From: a virus
Lineage: Duplodnaviria; Caudoviricetes
Direction: 5' to 3' (one strand)
DNA: 64,000 nucleotides
Virus record (IMG/VR): IMGVR_UViG_3300020577_006105
Below are positions 51,901-60,734 of the stretch, one piece after another; position 1 is the first letter of the stretch; the number at the start of each line of letters is the position of its first letter. A program made the translations under genes and the position numbers. Under the pieces are notes generated by a model, which saw only the letters and a list, made by a program, of their open reading frames with translations, was not told the DNA's origin and ran no database searches.

Positions 51901-53318
51901 AGCAAATGTTGCCTTACTCTAAACCAGTCTGTGGATTTTGCGACATTGTCGTTTTCTGTTTTATCCAAATATAGATATGGTGAAATCATTGGGCCACCGT
52001 CTGAGTATGTGTTGTTAGTGTCCAACACGTATGTGTACACAGTTGAGTACTGAGAGCTTGTGGTTGGCGGACTTGCGCTTACACTACCTGTGTATTTTTC
52101 AACCACGATTTCTATGCAATTATCACGCACTGGAAACAAATCTAGCGGTACTACGCGCCCTGCTGGTGTTAAATTAGTCCGGGCCATCAAAGAATAAAAC
52201 GCATTGCGCCGGCCGGGCCGAGGCCCAACGAACATGCAAAAGAACGCCGATGGGTTCGCCATATCCTCGAGAAGTCCAATCAAGGAAAAATCACCGGGTG
52301 CTATTCCGTATGCAGGAATGGCAAAAATCAAGAACTTTAGGTATACAGAATGGGCTAATCCAGTTTCTGCAACATTTTCGTCTGGGGCGAATATCTTACA
52401 ATGAAAGTTTGGTTCTGAAGAACTGTTTGGCCACAATGCAGTACCGCGAATGGGGTCAAATTCAAAGTCAACCAAATATGCATATTGCAATAGTGCTGTT
52501 GGGGTTTGCCCATAAGATATGTTAACTCGTTCTGCGTTGAATAGTTGAATTTTGTGAATTTCAATCCGCAAGGTTGGTATTGAATATCTGTTTGAGATTC
52601 GAATGCGTTTTTGTACCGAGTATGACTCTGGCATGTCTTCATCGCCGTCGCCGGTTTTGAACTTGATGTGCAGGATTCTGATTGGTTGAGACTTGCCTTG
52701 AAAGCCAGTGAGCATAAGCTCTGATGGAACATCGTTGACTGGCTTTGGAAACTCATCTCCGTCTCCATCAACATCCAACGAAGCACGCACCATACCCCAT
52801 GGGTACTTCGGAAATTCGATGTCTGGATATGGATTGTTCTCTGGGTCTGCCCTATATGCCTGCACCAATTCCAGGTCTGATTCGTCCAAATACAGGTCAA
52901 TTGACTCATCTAGAATATCTACTGTTAGGCGATATTCAATGGTCATACCAGAGACCCTGTCAACATTATTTGGTAGTTGTACTGCCCACGAAAGCTCTTC
53001 TCCGTGCGCAATAAACGGCTCAGTCGGAATGGTGCCGGTGTATCCATAAGGGTCTTCAACATACCTATATGCCCTTGTAATTGGGTACATTTCAGAACCT
53101 TCTGCGCTCTCCACCTCACCTCCGGGTTCCTCTATAACAGCATTTCCGCTGTTGCCAATAACTGGCGCATCATTCCTGAATTCTCCGCGTTCTAATACCA
53201 GGTTTCGGTATGATGGCCCAGGCACAGAACCACCAAGGCCCTCTCTTGGAGTTGGGACCCAGTTAAAATTGCCGACATACGGCTTGTTGTCTGGATTTTG
53301 ATACGGGTCGTATGGCAT
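48933..53318 (-). CDS. large (1461 aa) hypothetical virion protein
   Basis: Long ORF co-oriented with and abutting structural genes; beta-rich. Confidence 0.65.
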   Translation of the reverse strand: MPYDPYQNPDNKPYVGNFNWVPTPREGLGGSVPGPSYRNLVLERGEFRNDAPVIGNSGNAVIEEPGGEVESAEGSEMYPITRAYRYVEDPYGYTGTIPTEPFIAHGEELSWAVQLPNNVDRVSGMTIEYRLTVDILDESIDLYLDESDLELVQAYRADPENNPYPDIEFPKYPWGMVRASLDVDGDGDEFPKPVNDVPSELMLTGFQGKSQPIRILHIKFKTGDGDEDMPESYSVQKRIRISNRYSIPTLRIEIHKIQLFNAERVNISYGQTPTALLQYAYLVDFEFDPIRGTALWPNSSSEPNFHCKIFAPDENVAETGLAHSVYLKFLIFAIPAYGIAPGDFSLIGLLEDMANPSAFFCMFVGPRPGRRNAFYSLMARTNLTPAGRVVPLDLFPVRDNCIEIVVEKYTGSVSASPPTTSSQYSTVYTYVLDTNNTYSDGGPMISPYLYLDKTENDNVAKSTDWFRVRQHLLSDVEFVSTPFRSQVWSEKTSFQALTEPSISNSEPREYATRRVEMLSNLPNGPFSAPAVATFVVDDEKVFTNPIQIAPGAWRFKIRAQALDDQITADMHLMARWWLVPANIPSTATPEEIAAYRDTTEIYFDSVTGTDGSEKSTLKIGKPTNLRHVMITPPLDSTLREYEVVRYIEQAEDGGTTLDIPGGDWKLAVGLYVLSEPTGDGSTTTPSLTAKTCPRVQVEFDPTYGYAEGTCLMSQSHALFPIRWLRYNSSRYQPYGGVADPYSPLSIRETRFYGSDANDDEFIVYDDTVRPYDPSSSTTAYYNLYTLRGGEEDSVGFCIPYTVIPNTHTAEGQVKADFCASAENIAGGRISNVRATGASTEAGTWKVEWSVDEGIDNESIKLDMRVEGFVVDVSGRITERIFRSPLVPFVTGQANYEYETEITVPFVLTSSADSRLVLRFYAYPYSANGSPVKIDDIQALMGDKPVGMRITRAAIMKHTLETLQINQTPSFIGSPAFYENLDLVPSRSIGGNEFWYIADEENLKFKVIIRPDTFRIQGTMYSPVWYLNMPKDVEVIVRAPSLNSGIFSRQLWVRTVPGEDGTTTQRLSVSAVGHPISERVHVVFNERGEVEEDERGVEVLTHQAGRSQPQYVDVVKDKDDNKLKGTEASVFRTSLSGGDKSGSVVGVSTQFADSEIATVNVGASTKHAHAGTFRTANAALNSSTLNQPRYIAAGLKLHSTATSHNGDKCYVVGWVDGGGLVLRTATLTQSQQQGPGGIGDVFLIDGSPESSMPYEQTPRPPKGGISGTVSEDYAAVFVDSRDRPTAIYSVVGRDGELIGRTLDETGFGRAFVVCSFRQGGISNSSETPMVSPAATFNEHYDEGTVVFWSSGRLFATQIPRQNSSGQTVLKPIHLIAGSSDFTSGSTADNTFTQMQSAGYLIVNRADNEDNVLQQRAGIVSLRTVQYYGQTAIYYVAANGDLVCRHLSQSGSVGKAFKLTEIN

Positions 53319-53319
53319 G

Positions 53320-54750
53320 TTATCTCATCATGAAATTGCTAAAGGCTTCGCGCAAGTCTTGAATCTTTTTGTTCATAGATTGTTGCATATTGGTAAGTTC
53401 GGTTGAGAATTTGTGTGTCAAAACATGTTCGAGTTCTACTCGACTGTTGGCCTCTTGACTTAATACATGTTGAATCATTTGTTCGATTTGATTTTCTTGA
53501 GTTGCAACCGTGCTGTTGTTCACAGCGGTAGAATTTGGTGATACTGGACTCGTTGCAGATTTTGCTGCTTTGATGACTTGTTTCCAGTCTTGTCGACCTT
53601 CACCAAGAATTGTCCTGACTTGTTCATACACTTCGGCATCAGACTGTGTAGTAACAGAGGGCATTGTGTTGTGTGTCACATTGTCATTACGACCAACATT
53701 AGTACCTGACTTGTTAGACTGATGTGATTTGCTCTGGTGCGCAATGGGGAGTTCTGATGCTTTACTTGGTACGCCAATAGATTCGCTGGTAGGTTGTTGA
53801 TGGTTTGATTGTGTGCTCGCTGTGTCTGTGTTTGTGGCACTTGACCAATCTCGGGCTATAGGTTTGTCATTTGATACAACTGTGCGATTCATTAGTTCAA
53901 TATCTATCGAATGCTCGGTGCTGCCATCTCTGGTGTAAGACTGAGGTTCTGTATGTTTGGAATCCAAGCCTTTCACATCTATCGAACTGCCATCTCTGGT
54001 GTAAGACTGAGGTTCTGTATGTTTGGAATCCAAGCCTTTCGCATCTATCGAATTATCTGTGTTGACCTTGGTGTAAGATGACTGCTCTGTGTTCCTGTTT
54101 GTACGATTGGTGAGTATAGAGCCCGGCGAAACAACTACATCAGATTTAATACTGTAGGTGTTATGATTGTGTGTTTGATTGTCATTGGTAATGGTTGAAA
54201 TATGGTTGTTGAATTCAACATTAGTCAAACTTGTTGGCGACAGATTGACCACAATGGCTTTTTCTTGAATGATTTGATTTGTGACATTCTGTGTTGGCGG
54301 AGCAACATCGCCGGCGTCAGAGTGTCCTAACTGCTTTAGCAAGCCCATAACATCCCTGCTCGGCCCGCCTTTTTCTGGTGCGACTGCATTTACAGGCTTG
54401 GCATCCTTCACAGACATAAAATTGTCATTCTGGAATCCGGTGGGTTTCCAAGTGAATTCTGATTCGTCACTGTTTTGTGGGAAAACAGCATCTTGACCCT
54501 TGCCGCCATTAGACTGAATAGGGATATACTTTCTTGAAATCCGTTTTGGTGTATTGGCCTCTGCGACCTCGGGTAATCCAGAATCGGGTTTTCCAGAAGT
54601 ATCACCTGCGGTATATGACGTAATATGAAGCGCATCAGTACGCACACCGTGACTAATGATGTCGTTTGATAACGCAGGGCTGACATCGCCAGGCAATGCA
54701 TCGTGCGCAACAAATGCGTCTTGGTTGAATCTAGTCGTCTTTTGGTTCAT
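53320..54750 (-). CDS. low-complexity S/T/N/Q-rich hypothetical protein with internal 22-aa duplication
   Basis: 476-aa ORF containing SID[AV]KGLDSKHTEPQSYTRDG twice. Confidence 0.6.
   Translation of the reverse strand: MNQKTTRFNQDAFVAHDALPGDVSPALSNDIISHGVRTDALHITSYTAGDTSGKPDSGLPEVAEANTPKRISRKYIPIQSNGGKGQDAVFPQNSDESEFTWKPTGFQNDNFMSVKDAKPVNAVAPEKGGPSRDVMGLLKQLGHSDAGDVAPPTQNVTNQIIQEKAIVVNLSPTSLTNVEFNNHISTITNDNQTHNHNTYSIKSDVVVSPGSILTNRTNRNTEQSSYTKVNTDNSIDAKGLDSKHTEPQSYTRDGSSIDVKGLDSKHTEPQSYTRDGSTEHSIDIELMNRTVVSNDKPIARDWSSATNTDTASTQSNHQQPTSESIGVPSKASELPIAHQSKSHQSNKSGTNVGRNDNVTHNTMPSVTTQSDAEVYEQVRTILGEGRQDWKQVIKAAKSATSPVSPNSTAVNNSTVATQENQIEQMIQHVLSQEANSRVELEHVLTHKFSTELTNMQQSMNKKIQDLREAFSNFMMR
53921..54052. 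repeat. 66-bp tandem duplication (2 copies, 1 mismatch)
   Basis: 53921-53986 and 53987-54052 are identical except tttcAcatc versus tttcGcatc. Confidence 0.9.
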
Positions 54751-57043
54751 GTCGATGAGACTTGTGTTTGTGTTTTCGAGTGTGCTCCTCTACTTCTTTT
54801 ACAGTCTCATGTCTATGTTTGTCTGGATGTTCAAGCACTGTGCCATATCCTGGTAGCAAATCATCAAAGTACTTTCTGATGATTTCGTCTGCAATTCTAT
54901 CAGCCTCTTGTTCTTCAACGTTGGCTATCCGCTCGTTTACCATACGACCAGTTAATCTTACTTGTTTCTCTAGGCTTGCTGGCGCACCACCAGCCACACT
55001 ACCCATCGTAGCTGCTATAATCTGAGTGTACTTAGCCTTAACGCCCTCAATTTTAGATACTAACTGCTTGCGTCTTTGAATCAGTGCATTAGAGATTGAT
55101 TTGTCCATTTGACCCGTGCCAAGAACGCTCTGGATTTTAGCAATAGCATTTCTGAACTCCATGACTACGCGCATGTAAAGCACAATCAGTGCCTGACTAG
55201 GCGCAGGACCAACAACGTTTTTGTATTGTCCGTCTTGGGTCATTGTGCGATATGTAGTCATGCCAAATTGGCCAACAAAGTCATTTCCTGTGTTGGCTTT
55301 AATTTGAGCACCAAGATTTTCGAACATCGAAATCTGCTCTTCGAGCCTAGTAACCCTAACAAGTGTTGGTAGAACAGTGGCGTAGTCCACCAGTTGTTGT
55401 TTTGACTTCTCTAACTCGGTTTGAAGCAGTTTTGAGTTGGCATCAAAATGTCTTATGGCTAAACTGAGCTGAGCCTTTTCTTGTTGGTGTGTTGATGGGT
55501 TCAGTAATCTATTAGACTCGTCAACGAACAACGAAAGAATACGCCCGTATTCCTGAATTTCATCAAATGTTCTCTCTATTAACGCACCGCATTTTGCAAC
55601 GGTTTGCGTAATCACCTGAGGTGTTAATAGTGTGACATTATTGATTTGGCTTAATTCACCTGTACCGCCGCCAACTTTCATACCACTCTCGGTGGCCATT
55701 GCGGCCTGCAATGGTTTCATATTGCTTTCAATGATTCTGTACATCCATCCGCCAGGAGGATTCTGCATAAGACCAAGATTTGCCTCCAGTTCGTTCATGC
55801 GTTGCAACTGCATTGCTAATCCGCCGTTGAGCTGCACCATGGTTTGAAAAGCGTTGTTTTGAACACCAAAAGAGTCTTTTTGAGCCTGTTCTTGCGTGGT
55901 TCCTGGTTTGATATATTGGTTACCAGCAGCAGAACCTGCAGCGCCTGCTCCTTCAAACGCCTTCTTGGAATTCTCGTTATAGTCTTCAAACTTGTTTTCT
56001 TCTTTGCGAACCTCTTGTCGTGTTTGTGCGAGAACCTCACGGTTTACGTATGTGCTTGCCTGCGGTCGAAGGTCTGGGCTTGAACGGCTTAGGCCAAACA
56101 TATCGTTGAAGACTGAAATTTTTGCACCAAAGATTAGAATGTTTTTGCTTAACATTTGAACAGCGGCCATTCCATCAAGTCCCAAGAATGTAAATGCCTC
56201 TTCTGGGTTTTTTGCCCAACTGTTGTATATCTCGCTCAGCATCTCAAAATTAGGTTCATATACCTTTTCCCATGCAAGTTTTGCAGCAGCCTCATCAAAG
56301 GTGAACTTCATTCTTTGCCATTTCTCAAACATCGCGGCTTTTTTGTTTTCGATGGTTAGTCGCTTGTGTGCTGGCGAGAATACCTCTGTAACAATACCAT
56401 TCATCTTTGTGTAGTATTCATTAAGGCTTCTTCCGTGCTTCATTGCGGCGGTGAACGCACCAATCCAGCTTAAAATTGGCAATGCTTGAATATCACCTCG
56501 AGATGCATCTGCAAACATTTTGACAATATTGAAGTTGGGGTTTTGTTGATATTCATGCGATAGTTCTTTGAGAACTTGCAAGATTCTATTAACCTTATCT
56601 GCTGGCGCTGCGGCGCGTGATTGAATCGCAACGCGCATCACGATTGACAGAACATCCCTGAAATTGCCACCAAGTTGCGGAACCATATCTTGCAATTTGC
56701 TAAAAAGCTCAGATTGCTCTGGGATTTGTAATCCATTGTGCAAAAGCGTGTCGCTAAATGCTTTGACTTCTTCTTCACCCATGCCATATTGCGCACCGAG
56801 TGCGTACATAGACTGTAGGTTCAAATACATTGGTCCCATTGCTCGAGCACCAGCTAGTGTCTTTGGTGCTCCCATATCACCGGGTTGAAGTGCGTCATTT
56901 GCAACATTAACTGCGGTTCCTGCCGCATTTAATGCTGGGTTATTGCCCAAAATCATACTAGCACCTTGTATAGCGGTGCTAGGTAGATTTGTTGGACTTA
57001 TTTGCGCAAATCTTCTCTGCCGCATATTGGGATTATTGCTCAC
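54731..57043 (-). CDS. helical 770-aa hypothetical protein, candidate internal head/ejection protein
   Basis: GTG start, N-terminal RRFAQ motif, internal REVLAQ, helical/coiled-coil composition, C-terminal EADRIADEII. Confidence 0.6.
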   Translation of the reverse strand: MSNNPNMRQRRFAQISPTNLPSTAIQGASMILGNNPALNAAGTAVNVANDALQPGDMGAPKTLAGARAMGPMYLNLQSMYALGAQYGMGEEEVKAFSDTLLHNGLQIPEQSELFSKLQDMVPQLGGNFRDVLSIVMRVAIQSRAAAPADKVNRILQVLKELSHEYQQNPNFNIVKMFADASRGDIQALPILSWIGAFTAAMKHGRSLNEYYTKMNGIVTEVFSPAHKRLTIENKKAAMFEKWQRMKFTFDEAAAKLAWEKVYEPNFEMLSEIYNSWAKNPEEAFTFLGLDGMAAVQMLSKNILIFGAKISVFNDMFGLSRSSPDLRPQASTYVNREVLAQTRQEVRKEENKFEDYNENSKKAFEGAGAAGSAAGNQYIKPGTTQEQAQKDSFGVQNNAFQTMVQLNGGLAMQLQRMNELEANLGLMQNPPGGWMYRIIESNMKPLQAAMATESGMKVGGGTGELSQINNVTLLTPQVITQTVAKCGALIERTFDEIQEYGRILSLFVDESNRLLNPSTHQQEKAQLSLAIRHFDANSKLLQTELEKSKQQLVDYATVLPTLVRVTRLEEQISMFENLGAQIKANTGNDFVGQFGMTTYRTMTQDGQYKNVVGPAPSQALIVLYMRVVMEFRNAIAKIQSVLGTGQMDKSISNALIQRRKQLVSKIEGVKAKYTQIIAATMGSVAGGAPASLEKQVRLTGRMVNERIANVEEQEADRIADEIIRKYFDDLLPGYGTVLEHPDKHRHETVKEVEEHTRKHKHKSHRHEPKDD

Positions 57044-57079
57044 TATGGTTACTTTACTGGATGCAATGGCTTGTCCCTA

Positions 57080-57292
57080 CTAAATGCTGGGAACTAATTG
57101 CTTTGCTCTTGCTTCAGAAATGACCTTATAGCATACTGTTCCGGCATGCGGGCACGTACCCCTAAGGGCGTAGCGATTGTTTTTCAGCTTAACCAATTCT
57201 GGTGCTGTGATGATGACCGTGGTTCTGCATTTGACGCAAAACATCTTTTCGGTGTGCGAAGGGTTTGTCTTGTAAGATTGTACTGTTGGCAT
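57080..57292 (-). CDS. small Zn-ribbon protein (DUF5679-like)
   Basis: MFCVKCR...P....LKNNRYALRGTCPHAGT; AAGGAG Shine-Dalgarno upstream of ATG 57292. Confidence 0.6.
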   Translation of the reverse strand: MPTVQSYKTNPSHTEKMFCVKCRTTVIITAPELVKLKNNRYALRGTCPHAGTVCYKVISEARAKQLVPSI

Positions 57293-57329
57293 TGGTGTCT
57301 CCTTGATATGTTTGTTGTACAAGTAAAGC

Positions 57330-57686
57330 ATGCCGAACTACGAGTTCGAATATGTCGACAACGATGGCCAGACTCATTACTTTGAGCAATGGGTTGAAGC
57401 TGACAGGCAAGATTTAGTTGCTGAGATGAAAAGTCCTTGTGGACAATATCCAGCTTCGCGTGTTTGGACAGCTCCACCTATGCATCATGGCATGACTGCA
57501 AAAGAGAAAACTTCTGGCACAACCAAGTATCGAAAGGAATTCTCGCACTATGCTCGCGAACAGCGATATGAGCGCAAAAAGAATTCGGAACCAGGCACCA
57601 GGGACGCCATTTCAAATGAACTCTGGACTGGAAACGAATCTTTCAAGAATGTTTTGTCCGCCGAACCAAAGGTGAACAAGGCTTGA
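57330..57686 (+). CDS. FmdB-like small protein with degenerate Zn ribbon
   Basis: MPNYEF...H.FE....SPCG...RV...PP pattern, with the first Cys pair lost. Confidence 0.5.
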   Translation: MPNYEFEYVDNDGQTHYFEQWVEADRQDLVAEMKSPCGQYPASRVWTAPPMHHGMTAKEKTSGTTKYRKEFSHYAREQRYERKKNSEPGTRDAISNELWTGNESFKNVLSAEPKVNKA

Positions 57687-57744
57687 TTTCCTAATAGACA
57701 AATTGCGCACATGCGCATGCTACAAAAACAAAAAGGAGCAGACA

Positions 57745-58596
57745 ATGAGTAACAAAAACACAACCCCACGGGCCAAGTCGCCTAGCAATACGCGAGCAGC
57801 TCGCACAACACCTCAGGCTGAAGCAGCGGAGCAGGTTCAAGAGACATTTTATGTCCAAAATCCGTACCCTGGCATTCACCACATTTCCGACATCGACCTT
57901 TCGTTTGGTCCATTTGAGGCTAAGAACCTTCTTTGGGAAAAGTCTGAATTGGTCAAACAAAGCTACGACCTTGCCAAAGCACTTAACAGCGGTTCGTTAA
58001 TTCGTATCAGCCAGTCTCAGTATGAAGCCATTCTTCAACAAGAGCAGCAGATTGAACAAATGGAGCTCGCGCAGAAAATGCACGGCAATCGCATGGTGGG
58101 TGTTGATGCCAATGGACGAAGAGTCGCCGCCGAGGCAATCAACGTCAATGCTGAAAGTCCAAACAATCGAGCACCAATGAGCTTGGCCGGCGATGCCAAT
58201 GACCCCAAAACATATGCAATGGCACTCCAGGTCTATACGCGAATGTGCGCTGCTAGTGGACAAGAGGCCAATGCGCGTGACTTTAATGCTCAAATTGAAA
58301 AAAATCCAAGGTTCCTTCAGGGATTACTTGACCAGATTGGATTTGTGCCAGAGGCACTCGGACAGACTTCGGGTGTAACCGGTCGTGGCAGGGCTACAGT
58401 TGCCACCGTTCCAGAAAGCACAGGCTTTGGTGGAACCGCACAGGTCAACATGAGCAATTTCCAGCGCGACCAATATGTTGCTGGCGGACAAAACACTCGA
58501 AGCAATAGCTTTGACTACGAAATTCCAGCCGGCGACGACAACATTGACTTGTTGCCAGACGCCGAAGAAATTGACTTGATGCTGGACGGCGACTAA
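57745..58596 (+). CDS. hypothetical protein (likely start MSNKNTT)
   Basis: AAGGAG Shine-Dalgarno upstream of ATG 57745 within the 57703..58596 ORF; followed by a hairpin. Confidence 0.65.
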   Translation: MSNKNTTPRAKSPSNTRAARTTPQAEAAEQVQETFYVQNPYPGIHHISDIDLSFGPFEAKNLLWEKSELVKQSYDLAKALNSGSLIRISQSQYEAILQQEQQIEQMELAQKMHGNRMVGVDANGRRVAAEAINVNAESPNNRAPMSLAGDANDPKTYAMALQVYTRMCAASGQEANARDFNAQIEKNPRFLQGLLDQIGFVPEALGQTSGVTGRGRATVATVPESTGFGGTAQVNMSNFQRDQYVAGGQNTRSNSFDYEIPAGDDNIDLLPDAEEIDLMLDGD

Positions 58597-58626
58597 CCAC
58601 TAGCACAAAATTCAACAAAACCAATT

Positions 58627-58654
58627 GAAAGGCCGGGAAACCCCCGGCCTTTCT
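58627..58654 (+). terminator. GC-rich hairpin, probable intrinsic terminator (short U tract)
   Basis: GAAAGGCCGGG-AAACC-CCCGGCCTTTC inverted repeat downstream of 57745..58596. Confidence 0.55.
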
Positions 58655-58668
58655 CGTATAAAGAAGTT

Positions 58669-59727
58669 ATGCCTGGATATGATATGAATGCATTTAGCGA
58701 GGATGTTCCTCTTGTTTACTATGGTTCACAAGATAGTCCTGGCGTTTATCTCAACTGGGATAGATACCCAGCACCATCTGCATCTATCGCCACCTATCAA
58801 ATCGAAAGAGCGACCAATTTCTATGGACCGTTTGAGATAGTAGATACAGTCGACTATCCAGTCAATGAATACATTGATGAAACAGGTCGACCAGAATATT
58901 ACTATCGCATAGTAGAGCTTGACGGTGACGGATTCACATTGAGAACAAGTCAGCCAATTATCGGAGATGAGCTGCTCGTCAAAGCATCATTGGCATACCA
59001 GGTCAGGGACTTGCTTCGTGTGCGCGTTTTAGATGAAGAAGTGCCATTCAATCGAAATCGCACAGTTGCATTTTCATCATTCCCGAACTGGAATTACTCT
59101 CCCAGACCTATGATTCGAATTTCTAGCCTGTCTAATGACGGCGCAAGAGACCCAATGGAGATTATGAGCGAAGACGAGGGTATCTTGCGTACATTTGGAA
59201 CCACAGACAATTATCCAAGCGGTCTGAAATACAAACTGGATTACCAAGGTCGCATCTATTTCATTGATGGCAATGACGAACCTCTAGCTGTCGATTACGC
59301 AGACACAGTGCTCGCAACATATTACGTCAGAATGTTCTCTGGTCGAGAAATGAATGACGCGCTGTATATGGCACTTCAACAAATCAACGCACTGCCTGGT
59401 GTCACTGCATACTCATCAGTTGGTGGTGCTCCATATTGGTACGATGCCGCGCTTGTTATTGGCGCAACATATTGGCTGATACGCTCGTTGATGCTAAGGC
59501 TAACCAACAGAGAAACCAGGTTACTAGTGCATGAACCTGGAGCAGACGACCCATGGTTTGACAATCTTAAAACGATTGCAGATATGTACAAAACCGACTG
59601 GGATTCAATCTTGAAGACGCTGCCTAAAGCCAGATACCCAAGCCTACGAACAGTCGTTACACCAGAGTACTACCTTCCAGGTGGTCGCTCAAGATTCTTC
59701 AGATACGTTTGGAAGGGAAATGCGTGA
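58669..59727 (+). CDS. hypothetical protein, possible head-tail joining (neck) protein
   Basis: N-terminal Fn3-like segment (LNW..YQIERA...YID.....YYYRI) and helical C-terminus (ALQQINALP...ALVIGA). The function is inference. Confidence 0.4.
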   Translation: MPGYDMNAFSEDVPLVYYGSQDSPGVYLNWDRYPAPSASIATYQIERATNFYGPFEIVDTVDYPVNEYIDETGRPEYYYRIVELDGDGFTLRTSQPIIGDELLVKASLAYQVRDLLRVRVLDEEVPFNRNRTVAFSSFPNWNYSPRPMIRISSLSNDGARDPMEIMSEDEGILRTFGTTDNYPSGLKYKLDYQGRIYFIDGNDEPLAVDYADTVLATYYVRMFSGREMNDALYMALQQINALPGVTAYSSVGGAPYWYDAALVIGATYWLIRSLMLRLTNRETRLLVHEPGADDPWFDNLKTIADMYKTDWDSILKTLPKARYPSLRTVVTPEYYLPGGRSRFFRYVWKGNA

Positions 59728-60684
59728 TTTGCCCAAGAAATCAAACCAATTTTTCCATCCCACATTAGAATATGTTTGGTCTGGATATTTAGGTGCATTA
59801 ACATCTGGATTGTTCGAGCACCACTTTCTCCATGCTAGACCGCTTTTGATACTTAATGACTGCGCTATTTTTTTACATTCATCATAGGAAATCCATGGTT
59901 CATAAGCCTTGACATTTAGGCAGTAGTCATCTTTGACTACAATATTGATATCGGGTATGTTGTTTTCAAAGAAGAGCACGAGTGCTTTATCTGCGTTTTG
60001 TATTTCATCGTATTTGATAATCAATAGCGGAATGTTCATTTTTTGACAATATTCATACTTTATCAAATCTTTCTTCTGTGTCTCTAGTAAGTATGCCAAA
60101 CCACCCCAATGTTCTACTGGAAAATAATGTTGCTGCCCGTGAAACTCTATTAACCCCAAGACAAAATCATTTTGAATAATTGCAAAGTCAAATTTGAGTA
60201 CCGCCTTATCTACACATTCACTTATTGAAAACTGATGCCTGTGTTCTATCTTTGAATCGCTTAAAATTCTAGATATAATCACTTCGCCATAAGAAGCACC
60301 TCTTCTATACCCTAAGAAATCAGACCAAGACACCCACCCTTTGCCAAGATATGCCAACCTCGGTTCACTTGGAATGTTTTTTGGTTTTTGACCCGACTTC
60401 ACAAATCTCTCCCAGTCAATTTTGGATTTCATATTCAGTGTTTGCGCAAATAACCTGCATTCTTCATAGTTTGTATAACTATGAGAAGAAATTGTATGTG
60501 TCTGCAGAAACTCGCCCCAGGAATCCCATTCATTATAAAATGTATCTGGTCTAGCAGGAAATTGCCCTGGACGACCATGCGCTTTCATATATGTGCTCAG
60601 TTGTCTTTTGGATTTGATTTTGTGGTCAACCACCCATTTTTGAGCCTCGTGATACGACCAATAGTTGCTCTTATTAACTTTCAT
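59689..60684 (-). mobile_element. free-standing PD-(D/E)xK (Vsr/DUF559-like) endonuclease with three integrase-repeat-like units
   Basis: SYGE..I..IL...I....Q......L.FDFAI....LIEFHGQQHY; repeats SY.E....V/A....KS...W....P..P...Y...GW..W.DFLG; AT-richer than its neighbours; antisense and overlapping the 3' end of 58669..59727. Confidence 0.75.
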
Positions 60685-60734
60685 AATTCATGCCTTCTTG
60701 GAAAGGTGGCGCAAAACCTACAATATTATGGTGA

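Noticed and set aside
19678-53318. Diversity-generating retroelement or invertase shufflon acting on the tail genes
   Set aside because: No reverse transcriptase or recombinase, and no template/variable repeat pair was noticed by eye. A computational repeat search was not possible.
53921-54052. CRISPR array
   Set aside because: Only two adjacent 66-bp copies with no spacer, in frame within a CDS. No repeat-spacer array was seen elsewhere.
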